The position numbers and the translations under genes are program-made. A DNA stretch of 64,000 nucleotides from Lingula anatina (lineage: Eukaryota > Animalia > Brachiopoda): positions 12,376,651 through 12,440,650 of the forward strand of contig CM120647.1 in assembly GCA_051362555.1 (NCBI GenBank). Reading direction: 5' to 3'. Of this stretch, positions 1 to 11,924 are shown in pieces. Each line of letters starts with the position of its first letter. Positions within the stretch are counted from its first letter, which is position 1. The notes under the pieces are model-generated. The model ran no database searches, was not told where the DNA came from, and saw only the letters and a list, made by a program, of their open reading frames with translations.

Positions 1-276
1 GACTGTGCAGAAACCATACGCAGGAACGTTGGAATAGTCAACCTATAAACAGTTCACTCTAGGAAAGATACGTTACGAAGTTACACAGCCTAAAACAACA
101 CTGCCAATTTTATCATTTGCTTATGATTTAAGAACAATAAAAAGCTTCCATTGCAATTGATCATGACTCTCTTTATTTACTTTGCCTGTGCCAGCGCGTT
201 TATCCATATGCCTACAAGAGCATGCAACTAGAGTGACTTGTGCATCGGTAATAAACACATTCAAGCACACACACAA

Positions 277-310
<34 letters not shown>

Positions 311-870
311 GGTTGAGCTATAGAGGTAAAAATGCATATATATATGCTGTCAAAATTTCGCCAGTGCGCGTGAGTTTTAAGGGATAACAACTGTTCATTT
401 TGGCCAAAAAAAAAAATAATAATTCACCTGGGGTAAAGGACAATTTTCCCATATTTCCTAATGGTCAATGAATCCCTTTCCTCATTCAAAGTTAGTCCTT
501 TTTTCTAAAAAGTTTGGTTTTTAAGAGATTATTACAACATGTAGCCATCTATGGAGGTCGCGTGATGTGATGGCAAGCACAAACTCCAGAATATATGCAT
601 TAAAGGTATACTGTGATGAAAAAACGGGTTAAAACTATCCATTAGGTGCCCAAAAGTCATTTATGAGTGATGAAAAAAAAAGTTCTTACGTTTATTTAGT
701 TTTTAAAGCCGATTTTATGCAGGTGTGAATGTAGTTTACGATACTCCCGCGTGGCGGCGCTTTGGGGCGAGTGACGTCACTGGCGTCGAGGCTCAGAAAG
801 CCATATTCGATTCAGCTATCCGCCTACTTACAGTTATACTCGATCGCTTTGTCTGAACTATTTTGTAAAA

Positions 871-1613
871 ATGAACAGAGAACGAATTGAAGGATATTTG
901 TTTGAACCAGAGGGTATTGCAGAAGATGTGGATGATGCAGAGTGGAAAACAGACCAGGAAGATAGTGAAGGAGAGCTCTCAGTCAGCCGACTAAACGATT
1001 TGGCGTGGTGTGAGTGTGGCCATTGTGAGCTTATGCCCACCTTTGTGGAATCAACGTGCTGTAGTGAAAACACTGCTGTGTCTGCCAAAATGAAGCACGA
1101 TACCAGATGCGTTACCGAACTACAGACCTACAATAATGCATGTTTAGACGCAGACATGCTGGAGATTCTCATGGCATCGATGAAAGAAGTGCTCGGGGAA
1201 AGTCTGCGTGACCCAATTACGAACAGGTAAGACAATGGCGGCGCTTTTCGGAATGTCGTTTAGTCCGGTTGTATTTTAATTTCCACTAAACTAAGTCCTG
1301 TATATTAACTCATTTTATATTAAAATAATTTTTTAACTGATTATTATCGTTCATTGAAGCAGTGGTGACATGTTCGACTGAGAATAACACACAAAATGAT
1401 CATACCACATTTTTATTTTCTAGAATGTACAGATATGTGGCGTACAGAAGCTTCACATGGTAGATATATGGGAAGCTGGGGAGGAGGCGAAGGAAAGTTA
1501 TTCCTGCCTGTGTAGTGACCTCAATAAGGAAACGGTTTCCAGAAAAAGATGGATGTTATGAAGGTTATCATGAGGTACTGGGTGGACCAATGGATGGCCA
1601 TGCGGATTTGTGA
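871..1613 (+). pseudogene. KolX / P2X7 C-terminal ballast-like Cys-rich protein; exons 871-1226 and 1424-1613; in-frame TAG at 1461-1463
   Basis: Exon 1 WCECGHCELMPTFVESTCC; GT donor 1227, AG acceptor 1422-1423; exon 2 MYRYVAYRSFTW*IYGKLGRRRRKVIPACVVTSIRKRFPEKDGCYEGY matches the YR..AYR.F..W..G.LG...R..IP.C....IR..FP motif of this family. Confidence 0.85.
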
Positions 1614-2080
1614 TTATGCTCAATATATGAATAGGCCTACATTTAAACATTTATTTTTGCTTTATTTTTGTGACTGTGGACCTTTACAATGATCTGCATT
1701 TAGAACATGAACTCTGTACAGTTAATGCATAACATACATCTGTAGTGCTCATCAGTCTGCTGCTACAATTCACACTGATTATTTTTACAATGATTAGAAT
1801 ATACATTTGAAGGATCAACTGTACTTGTATATATTCATACAATAAGGACACATCAACTGCTCAAGTTACTGAATAGTAACACAAGTACAAAGACTTCTTA
1901 ATACAGCTAATATTTTTACTCATATTAAATGATATGTAATACTCCGTGCTTAATCGCAGATTGCAAGAAATGTATTTTTTCTTTTACGTTGAGCTGTCAC
2001 TCAAACAAGAAATTGAGTATGTAAGATTTTTTGAACCATCTGAACACTTCATATTTGTATATAAGCTACAGGGGTCAAGT

Positions 2081-3571
2081 CTAATAGGCCAGTTTGAGGA
2101 ATCTAGAAATGTGTCCCTGTACAACTTCATCTTTAGTGGGCTTCGGCGTCTTGGCCACAGTGTCCCTTGCTAACTCTGGGACTAAAATCTTGTCAATTTC
2201 TTCCCCAAGCCCTGTAATTTCCAATAAACGGATAATGTTAATCATTGTAATATAATAAAAATAAGTTGACCAACAAAATATATGAAATGTATAAGGTTGT
2301 CTTTGTCACAGAACTTTATCCTAAAACAGTCACATTATAAAGAATGAGGCACAGTATCTCTCTTCTGGACTATCATTTCAGAATCTATTATATTGTGAAT
2401 CTGAAAAAAATGTATAAAATCGAAATCTTACATCATGTGGATTTATGTTGTTACTAGACAAAATAATCACTGCTATTTCAGAATCCTAACCATGAATGTT
2501 CCATCTGCATTACACAAAAATATGTCAACAAAATTTTGAGTAAATGCATGTTTAGATTTAACAAATTTTCAAAAAAATATTATCTCTGCGTGTGACAGGT
2601 AATATGAACTTTAGACCAAAGGGCAAAGGCTTTAGGCGCTTGCTAGCAGTGCAAACTAAAAGCGATACACGCAATTGATTACTACATGATCATTTATAAA
2701 TTCAAATTTTTGAAGATAGATACACAAAAGAAGATGAATTCCCTACGTGGTTATCATTTATTAACCAACAAAAAAACACCAAAACTATGTTAACAGTAAA
2801 GGTTTGGAAGCAGGGCAGCGAACACAGTTTTTCACACATGCCCGTCTGTCGCGTCGGCTGAACGTTCTTATCCCGACTGATAAGAGAAAGTTACCTAATA
2901 CATGCAGGTGTGACAGCTAACATTATTTTTCACACCCGTGCAGTTTACCAGTGTCATTCCGGGAGAGCCAGGTCAGTGGACAAAAGGCCAAAGATATCGG
3001 ACTGATAGCATCGGACACTACTACATTTCACACCTCTGCAACTTACCTCGCTACTTCCGCCTTACACGTGATCAGTGCAGCAGTATGTCGAGTAAAAATT
3101 TGATTCCACTATCATGTTATATTAAAGTTTTCACTAACATAATCAAAAAATTCGACAACGTACCTCTGCTACGAACTTTTTTGGGGCTCTAGAAGCTGCT
3201 CTCTTCTTCCTTTCGACGGCCGCATCATGCACACATCCTACAGGTAAGACTCTCGTCGGCAGCGCTCTGGTATTTACTGTCGCATTTTGGTACTCCGAAA
3301 AATCGAATATACTGGGTACAGCATCATCTTTTAGTTTTCTCCGTGCTTTTCCACCGCACAATTCAGCTCGCAGGTCACGTACGAAGCATTCCGGCTCGAA
3401 GTGGTCGCTACAGATCCTCGCGTGTTTTGACACTGTGCTGGGATTTTTTAACTTCAGAGAATTGAGCCAAATTTTACGTTTTGCGGCATCCGCAGGCAGG
3501 ATATAATAGCAGATGTCTTTCTTATCGTAACCTAAATTACAGCACCCGGGAGCAACACAACTTTGCGGCAT
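2081..3571 (-). pseudogene. Kolobok transposase remnant: N-terminal THAP exon (about 3163-3571) and C-terminal exon (2081-2211); no DDE core recognisable
   Basis: THAP signature CVAPGC...W...RICSDHF...LKDDAVPSIF; last exon reads LGEEIDKILVPELARDTVAKTPKPTKDEVVQGHISRFLKLAY*, like Kolobok transposase C-termini; about 1 kb between them is too short for the catalytic domain. Confidence 0.75.
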
Positions 3572-3626
3572 TTTGTTTTTCTGACACCTAGATGTTTAGT
3601 CACCTACTGCATAGTAGGCCTATATA

Positions 3627-5012
3627 CACACACTGGACAAAAGAAGTGTCACCCCTACTGAGCCAATACGATGGGGGAGATAAATGACTGTGGAATGATA
3701 TGCTCCTTGTATCATTTTATTAACATCAAATTTCACGAAAATTCACAAAATGAGAACAAAATATACATTCTACCAAAATATGCAGTTTTAAGTCCAAAAT
3801 TATTACTTAGTGGCATAGCCACGTGACCTAATAATAGGTGCCAGTATACGAGGCAAGGATTCATATAATTGTCTGATGCGTTCAGGACTTATGCTGGCCC
3901 AAGAATGAAACACTGAATATAACAGAGTTTATCTGCTGGTTAGACGGGCATTTGTAAAAAGTTTTGACATATCATTCCACAGATTTTCTATTATGTTTGC
4001 ATCCGGACTCTGGGCAGGCCACATCACCCTGCGAATGTCCTGTTGTTCAAACCAATCATCAACTGCTCTGGGCCTGTGACAAGGAGCGTTGTCATCCTGG
4101 TGAACAAACGGATAATTCCTGTCACCAAACATATTAGTAATAGATGGTAGCAAGCCTGACTCCAAAACATCGATATATTTCTAGTGATTCATGTTTCTAT
4201 CAACCACTATCAATTCGCCCAAGCCATGGTTGCTGATGCAGCCCCACACCATGATGAATATGCTGCTCAGGGTTCGAAAATTCAGTGCATGTAGTTCAAA
4301 TGCTTTACCAGCAGTTTGCCAGCATCAAACCCGTCTGTCATCAGAAGTCAGACCAAAGCGACACTCATCAGAAAAAATATATAGGACCAATTGTCATGGA
4401 GTGTCCAGTTCCAGATTCTGTTGACCCTAGTTCACTCTACGTTGTCTGTTTTGTAACGATTTAAGAGGTTTCAGGCTTGCTACCCTGCTGTACACTCTAT
4501 GAGCATGTAACCGACGCCTAGCAATTTTCACAGACACATTCTTATGTGTGAAATTGTTCCACTGTGTTGTCAACTGACAAGCAATGTCGAACTTTGACAA
4601 CCTAGGCATCAAAATCAGTCGTCGGTCTTCACGGCCAGTAGTTTTTCTTGGAAGACCCATTAGAGGCAATTTGTCTCTTGATCCAGTGTTTTTATACCGA
4701 GACCAGACCATCTGCACGGTTCTGACTGAACAATTCAATTGTATCGATATTCTGACATTGCTTATATTCCGCCTCTTCAGGTTAATAACTTGCACCTATA
4801 ACCGTTAGATAATTGCCTGTATCTTGCCATATTGGAGGAAGACAGGAATGACATTTGCTGTACATGTACAAGACTAACAATACAATTCCATGGTATAGCG
4901 GTTTTATACTCATTAGTCACATTATAAGTAGACCAGGGATCATAAGTGCCCCAGATCTGCCTACTTTTCTTACTCTGAGTTAGGGGGTGACACTTCTTTT
5001 GTCCAGTGTGTG
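3627..5012 (-). mobile_element. Tc1/mariner (DD34E-type) transposon, 1386 bp
   Basis: 29-bp TIRs CACACACTGGACAAAAGAAGTGTCACCCC; TA at 3625-3626 and 5013-5014; internal transposase fragments. Confidence 0.93.
3803..4830 (-). pseudogene. Disrupted Tc1 transposase
   Basis: HTH region (CSVRTVQMVWSRYKNTG, PRKTTGREDRRL), FSDECRF, HQDDNAPCH and WPAQSPDANIIENLW motifs, split by stops and frameshifts (ORFs 4427-4795, 3929-4165). Confidence 0.9.
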
Positions 5013-7254
5013 TACTATTACTAGTACAGCTGTGGAAAGCTACTCCCCGGGTTACGTCACTAGAAACTGACCAATCAGAATTTTCTCATCTAAATCTCAT
5101 CTTTTCTCTCTAAAACTTAAAAAGAACAATTTTTTGACGTCGATTTATAGTTTTTATACTGTAAAAAAAAAAAGCAGTGAACGCTCTGTGTTCCTAGAGC
5201 ACAGTAGGCCTTTAACTGCTGTTTTTGTGGTAAAATAGAATTTATTATATTTCTGAAAGTTGTTTACAAAGTATTGTGAAATATGGATATCTTACGAACA
5301 GCTGTTGTTCCTTTCATGTAATTTTCATGGTTATGATAAAGAGTACTTTCAATGCTCACCTGTACCAAGATTACAGAAAACATTGTATAAACAAAGACAT
5401 ATAAGGCAAAAAGAAAGCAGAAAATATTCAAGTTACGATATAAGTAATGGTCAGTATCGTTAACGCCAAAAGGTAAAATAAAATGCGAATATTGATAAAA
5501 AAAAAAAAAATAATAAAAGAGTGTGTACGTGTGTGTGTGCTTGTCCGTGCCCTGCATTTGGACATTGAAATGTTTTTTTTTTTAATTTCTACCTCAAACT
5601 TGACACTCAGGAAACCCAACCAAAATACCTCGATTGATAAACCAAGAAAGAGCTGAGATATTCTTTAGTATTAAATGTAACTTTTCTCAGTTTAATCTTT
5701 GTACCAAAAGTGATATTAATTCATAAGATGTTTACTTCCAAAATGCTACTGTGTTTAATAGATTAAAGTAGATTTAAAATGTACCCATGTTTGTTATAAA
5801 AGCATATGTGATGCTCTTAATACATGTATTTCAAATTAAACCGCTCATTCCAAATACAAAAGGCATTGCCCACTATTTGATCTACTCGTCTGTACATGCA
5901 GGTGGAGTTATGACTCCCTGTTATTGTCTCTTACATTTGGAGAAACACGTGGAGTAGATTATTTAAAAAACTGGCTCGAATGATGCACTTTTGTAGTTAT
6001 CAGTAAGACGGATTTTTTAAATTGCTGTGTTGCAGAAATTGGATATTTCGTATAGGACAGTATAGTACCTGAGTGACCTCCGTATTTTGGTACATAAGTG
6101 GCATCCGTATTTTGGTAACTGAGTGGTCTCCACAATCCTCAGGAGTAACCCCACACAATCCCAGATCAGCATTACTCAAGAAAGCATGTAGTCCTATAAC
6201 AAATTGACAACTATATCCATATAATTCAAGTGTGACCTCAACAGAACAGAGCTCATTTGGAACTAATTCTATATGTAAGGGTTAAATGTTTACCAATATA
6301 GCTAGTGACATATTGCTTGTAACAGTCGATTTACTACCTCTTATATCCTTCAGAAATACATGTCGGTTGCGTATACTTTGTAAACAGAAATATACGTCTT
6401 TGGGTTACATTAATTACTGGGACTTCCTGTACTTTTAATTTTTCTCTATACATTGGTTTGTCCTCTGCAATCCATATGCTTATATGAAGTATATGAATAC
6501 ATGGATTTTGCTTTAATTCTTTCAAAATTTTAAAGCAAAAAGGTCCCCCGTGTTCCATAGTAGCAGGATTATGACATGTTATTTTGACCAAATTAATTGG
6601 AAATATTTTTCACCCCTTCGATCGGAGCGTTCTGGGAGTTAAAAAAAGTCATTTCATTTTTTAATATATTAATTATGACATGTTTTATTTATGGATATAA
6701 ATTTAGGAGCTTATCCAAGTACTATGGAATTGTGAATTCTATTCGAAAACTTACTCTGAACTGCTGTATTGTAGTATATGTACTGAATGTACCAAAAAGG
6801 TTTATGTTTGAAAACGTGTCAATCAGGTTCCTATCTGGTTATCATCGTTACCCTTCAAATACAGCTTTCCATTTATATATATCGCTCTATTCATTGAAAT
6901 TAAATCAAATTATTAAACAATATACTACAACTTAAAACGCTTTTTTTTCACAGATATTTTAATTTAGTTCAAAGTGATAATATATTGTTTTGTAAACAAA
7001 TGTATTAATGGAGTAATAGATGAATTTCACTCGACGTTTAATTACCGTTGACCAATAACAACTGAAAAATCATCCTTCGTTGACACATAACAACTTTTTA
7101 ATTGGCTTGCATCAAAACCGTTTATTGTTCTCAAGCAATAAGTTAATTACATTTACATCTGTAACTCTTTTTATCCTAATAACATCATGCATAAGTCCAT
7201 TAAACAGTGTTTGGGTAAATGACTCCAATTTGGTCTAAATGGCAGCAATAAAGG

Positions 7255-7268
7255 CCGATAGGTGGCGC
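7255..7268 (+). promoter_or_regulatory. CTCF-like motif in HrA 3' UTR (CCGATAGGTGGCGC)
   Basis: 13/14 match to CCRSYAGRKGGCRS; 19 nt from the stop; conserved in all six Hr genes. Confidence 0.5.
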
Positions 7269-7287
7269 ATTAGTTCGCCTGCTCTGT

Positions 7288-8556
7288 TTATAATTTGCCC
7301 TTGTACTTGAAGTCCTCTTTGGGGATGTGGTCAACAAGCCTGAAATAAAAAAAAAACAATTTTTGTTTAATTTTTCGGAAAATTTAACTTTAACAAATTA
7401 CAGCTTCAAATATATTTATTCAACAATTTCAAAAATGTGTCTATTTTCTTTCTCCTAGATCTTTACACAAAAGCTAAGGAAAGATAGAGAGTGAGAGAGA
7501 TGCAGAAGAGAGTGGGAGACTCACCACTCCATTCCAAATTTGATATCTTTCTGGGCAACAGGCGCTTTCCAATGGCCCATCTTCTCCAAAAAGTCTTCGT
7601 GAATGCCCTTGTGCTCTTCGAAATGTTCAAAGTTAGCATTCTCCATTTGGGTCTGGATAAAAAAGAACACCGTTTTTTATTAGATGAATTTTAAAAGAAG
7701 AAATACTTTTTTGTCGCTTTACTACCTACATTACATAAACCTAACAATAATTAAAATATACTATCGACCCATTATGAATAGTCTTTTGTATGAACTTGCC
7801 TGCTCGTCACGGAAATGCATCACAAAGCACTCCTTGCAAGCTGCCAGCTGGTCACGAGTGTTGAACTCGGAGAGGGCAAACAGTCCGTTGAAGAGGGTTC
7901 TGTGTTCGTTGTCAATGTTCTTATACTGAAACAAAAATTAGTACATAGCAATATGGTTCCCATTTCGATTTGCTAAGTTACGCCATTCGCAAAAGATTAC
8001 TCATTTCCTTGCGATAACATTTTCCCTCTTTAGTCTTGCTTATATCCGCATATGCGTCGCACGATGAAATTATAGGCAATTTTTAGTACGTTTTTTTTTA
8101 CTTAACCTTAAGTTAACGTCGAAAAAAATCAGTTTGTCGGATGAAAAGTGTTTGTGCAGGTAAACAACCCAATGATTTAAACACCTTTACTGCTGTCATG
8201 CCCCCTAAATGCAGGCAATGGTGGAAAAGAACTAAAAACTGGATTAAACATTACGATCACGATCTTAGCAATTTCACCGAACGATGTCCGTAGGGAAACT
8301 ATGCGACGCCATAAGCAACGTACTACGGGCTTACGATTTAAAAATAGTTTAGTTTTAACTTGACAAAATCGTAGAGGCCACAGAGGCCAAGAATCAGTAC
8401 GGTTTCGTAAGAATTCGCACGGCCACCGCCTAACTCCGCACAGACGCCGCCGAGAAATATACATGCACCGTAAAGGCATTAAAAGTATACTAAATACACT
8501 GTACTCACGCTGGTAGCAAAGCTCTCGCTCCACGCGAATGGCACTGGAATACCCAT
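7288..8556 (-). CDS. Hemerythrin, alpha-type (HrA), 117 aa; exons 8556-8509, 7925-7800, 7652-7525, 7339-7288
   Basis: MGIPVPFAWSESFATS|YKNIDNEHRTLFNGLFALSEFNTRDQLAACKECFVMHFRDEQ|TQMENANFEHFEEHKGIHEDFLEKMGHWKAPVAQKDIKFGMEW|LVDHIPKEDFKYKGKL*; all 7 di-iron ligands (H24,H53,E57,H72,H76,H105,D110); intron 2 has a GC donor. Confidence 0.95.
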
Positions 8557-8606
8557 CTTTAAAAGGAGAGGTGGTTGTCTGGCTCAAGTAACAGGTAACT
8601 GTAAGT

Positions 8607-8648
8607 TCAGCGTCTGTGCAAATAAAGCCCCACGCTCTTTCATTTATA
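8607..8648 (-). promoter_or_regulatory. HrA core promoter: TATA box + conserved initiator-like CAGACGCTGA
   Basis: TATAAA 8648-8643; CAGACGCTGA begins 32 nt downstream. Confidence 0.75.
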
Positions 8649-9740
8649 CCCAGCTTCAAGGGGAGTTCATCCTCATCAGGTGAAACCTTCACGGGTCGTT
8701 AGCATCGGGGACAGCTGGACACCATGAAAAGACCCCCTGCTACGTGATTAACCTGATCACGAGATCAATTGTTCGGCGTCAGGACATTTTTGATTACTCG
8801 TGCGTTGAGTTAATAATCAGGGCAATGTATTTACCGGCCGATCTGTAACCCGAAGGACGCTTTCAAGGTTAAGTTTAAGGTCGCAGATTAAAATTGGGAT
8901 CTGCAGAAATGAGCACACTGTGTAAACTGAGCAAACATCAATCTGTATTATGCATTCTTTTCATCCCCGAACTCATTCACTCATTTATTTTAAAATATAC
9001 ATATTCTCTCTTGTTGTTCGAAATCCATGTATTCTATTAATATTACTTGTGATGGTTCATGTAAATGTAATAAAAGTACCTGTCACCCTCTCTATACACT
9101 GCCAGCATGCCTGTATATTAATAAAGACATCGTCTGATCTTTCATTTATTCACTCATCTCTAGCTTTACTCATAACATTTACATCTGATTTCCCTTCCTT
9201 CCTTCCTTCATTCATTTACTTGTCTATTTGTTATGTTATTAAAATTTATAATATATTGGATTTAGCCGTATATAATTAATCCTCTGACTGTGCTTGTCCC
9301 GCAATATTGTTTTATTCATTTTTCATCTTTTGTGCGACAGTCAAGTGATTTTAGTAAAAAAAAAAGAAAAGAAATAAAGGTGCGGTTTTTGATTCACTCA
9401 GAATTGTTCACCAAATACATACATCTTGATGAAAAAGCTACACCTGCAGGTGAATAAATGTGTTCATATCGTATTTACACTGACATGCCTGCAAACAAAA
9501 GTATAACAATCAACGCTTTCGTTAACTTAAAGCAGCCCGACTTAATTAACTATAGAAATACGCATTGGAACGCATGGGTTATAATTAATTGAACTTTGTT
9601 CATCAACAAAACACCTGGCTCAAATAATCACTTTCCAAAATCTTTCTCATCTGTTGCACGTGCTAAGTGATTTTTCGCTTGTTTCCAGTGAGACGTATCT
9701 TTTTGGCCGGATTGGGTCAAACGCAATCAGGACACGTGTG

Positions 9741-9781
9741 TATAAAAGTCGACCCCTGCCACTACGGCTCTCAGATGCTGA
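9741..9781 (+). promoter_or_regulatory. HrB core promoter: TATA + CAGATGCTGA
   Basis: TATAAAA 9741-9747; motif 9772-9781. Confidence 0.75.
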
Positions 9782-9831
9782 ATCTACTGTAACCTACAGG
9801 CACGCTGAGTACAGAAGAATCCTCTGCAAAC

Positions 9832-11890
9832 ATGAAAGTCCCCGCGCCATTTTGCTGGACCAAAGATTTCGCCACTGCGGTGAGTATAACAAGTAGACTT
9901 AAAGCATATTTTAGTGTGTATTTAGTGTGCGGATAATATTAACTCAAACTCATTCTCACCCTCTCCTTTTCTCAAACCTCTCTGTGCTAACTGAAAAATT
10001 AAATTTATACGCCGGAACCTAGACATCCAAAAGAAGTCTATAGTATCATTATTACAAGTAGTTACCTGTGTTTAATTTGTGTTTCTATTTCATATTTTTA
10101 AACACGTTGTTCTGTACCGTAAATATAAAAGGCTTTGATAAAAGAATAAATGCATTCGCCAGTAAGGTTTAATACCGAAGATAACACATTACACTGATCT
10201 TGACTTGAATTGTTGTATCTCAGTAACGTTGATTCTTTTTACTCTGAAATGAGCTGATACTTCGCCCTCATCGCCTTACTCAAATATTCCTCGAACTCGG
10301 ACAGTACTTCCAACCCCATAATGTCCAAGTAAAATGGCATCTTCTGTACCGCGAAATATATAAATATATTTTGACACGTGGTAACTCTTTCGACTGACGC
10401 TAAATGTTAAATTGTGTTTGTGTAAGTCTACAAGGAGTCCCTCAGTATCGTTTCAAGTCATATCCATAATTGCCGTGTACATGTACTCTGTGTTTACAAA
10501 TTTTGTTTAAAAGTCTAAAATGATAAATGTTGAAGACCGTTAACCACACGTAATGTGCGAACTTTGTGTAAGTCGCCAGAAAAAGCATAACTCCTTGAGG
10601 AATAATTCATACCTTCTGAAACATCAAGGAGGCTTCTTTTTGTGGCAATAAGACTAATCTAAAAAGTCTGCGTCCTCTGCTGAGTAGTACTCACTAGCGC
10701 TCTCCTGGCTTTCCTTTGTATTGCTCATAATTGTAACGGTCAAGGTCACAAAAGAAGTTTCGTCAAATTGACTACACCTATTGGCTGACCAACCCACTGC
10801 ATCGATAGGTTAACAAAATCACTGTTTATATGTCTAAATTAGGGCATGAAACACGAAGATAAGGGACCAAAAAGTGATTGTTTTTCAGGAATTGCAACAT
10901 TCCCAGTATTTTGCACCCAAGAATGTAAAGGCATGTTTATTTCTAAACGTATTTTCTGTCCAACCTTAGGGACTATTTACGTGTAAGTTTTTAGGTGGAT
11001 TTTTGTGTGCAACCTTGTATGCCACTAAATATTTTAAACTAACATTGTACATTGAGTATAAATTTGTTCTCTTTTTGTGGTTAGCGATCCAATTTATTTA
11101 CTGAATTATCTGTTTATTTCAGTATGACAACATTGACAGTGAGCACAGAACGCTCTTCAATGGCCTGTTTGCTCTCTCCGAGTTCAACACCGCCGCCCAG
11201 TTGAACGCTTGCATTGAGGTCTTTTCACTTCATTTCCACGATGAACAGGCAAGGTTTTTTTTTCATTTTTGAAATATAACTTTTTATAAATGAAAAACAA
11301 ATTCAATACCTCAAGAAGGTTCCCAATTTCATGAAATAATTCTTGTTCACAGGGTCAAATGAAGAGAGCCAACTATGCAGGAACTCAGGAGCATACTGAC
11401 ATCCATAATGGATTTATGGACCAGATGAGAGGATGGAATTCTCCAGTCACCCAGAAGCAACTGAAGGATGGCATGGCGTGGTACGTTTGTTAATTTTTTA
11501 AGTGAGAAAATTGAATTACTTTCAAGAGACTTTAAGGCGTTCAGATTGCAGTTTTAATGTGGTAGAATTATACAATGGAGAAACATTGTTGCAGTCACTT
11601 CTATTTTTTAGTATGCACTATTGCAACATTCAATTGTTTTCGACCAAAATAAATAAGTAGATAAAAGTATAGTCAACAATGAACATCTTACCTATCCCTG
11701 CATTCATATCTTTTGCACTAAAATGAATAAGATCAGTGACATCCTTTAAGTCCAATAACAAGTGATTTGTTGTTTCCATCTCAAAGTAATTATTAAGATC
11801 TGTGTTTGATTTGTGCCAAATGTTTATTTTCTCTCAAGGCTCTGCAACCACATCCCCACCGAAGATTTCAAATACAAGGGCAAGTTGTAA
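9832..11890 (+). CDS. Hemerythrin, beta-type (HrB), 117 aa; exons 9832-9879, 11123-11248, 11353-11480, 11839-11890
   Basis: MKVPAPFCWTKDFATA|YDNIDSEHRTLFNGLFALSEFNTAAQLNACIEVFSLHFHDEQ|GQMKRANYAGTQEHTDIHNGFMDQMRGWNSPVTQKQLKDGMAW|LCNHIPTEDFKYKGKL*; ligands intact; GC donor at 11249. Confidence 0.95.
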
Positions 11891-11910
11891 ACTGGAAATG
11901 ACTGACTTCT

Positions 11911-11924
11911 ACGCCATCTATCGG
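11911..11924 (-). promoter_or_regulatory. CTCF-like motif in HrB 3' UTR (CCGATAGATGGCGT on -)
   Basis: 20 nt after the stop. Confidence 0.5.

Larger units (their letters stand above)
604..5211. mobile_element. Kolobok-superfamily DNA transposon, non-autonomous/degenerate (KolX gene + THAP transposase remnant), interrupted by a Tc1 element
   Basis: TTAA at 600-603 and 5212-5215; imperfect 12-bp TIRs AGGTATACTGTG / CACAGTAGGCCT; two convergent genes (KolX-like on +, THAP-containing on -), the known Kolobok layout. Confidence 0.85.

Noticed and set aside
8177-8692. 171-aa minus-strand ORF over the HrA promoter
   Set aside because: Non-ATG start, runs through the TATA box, HrA exon 1 in another frame and a repeat fragment; no domain.
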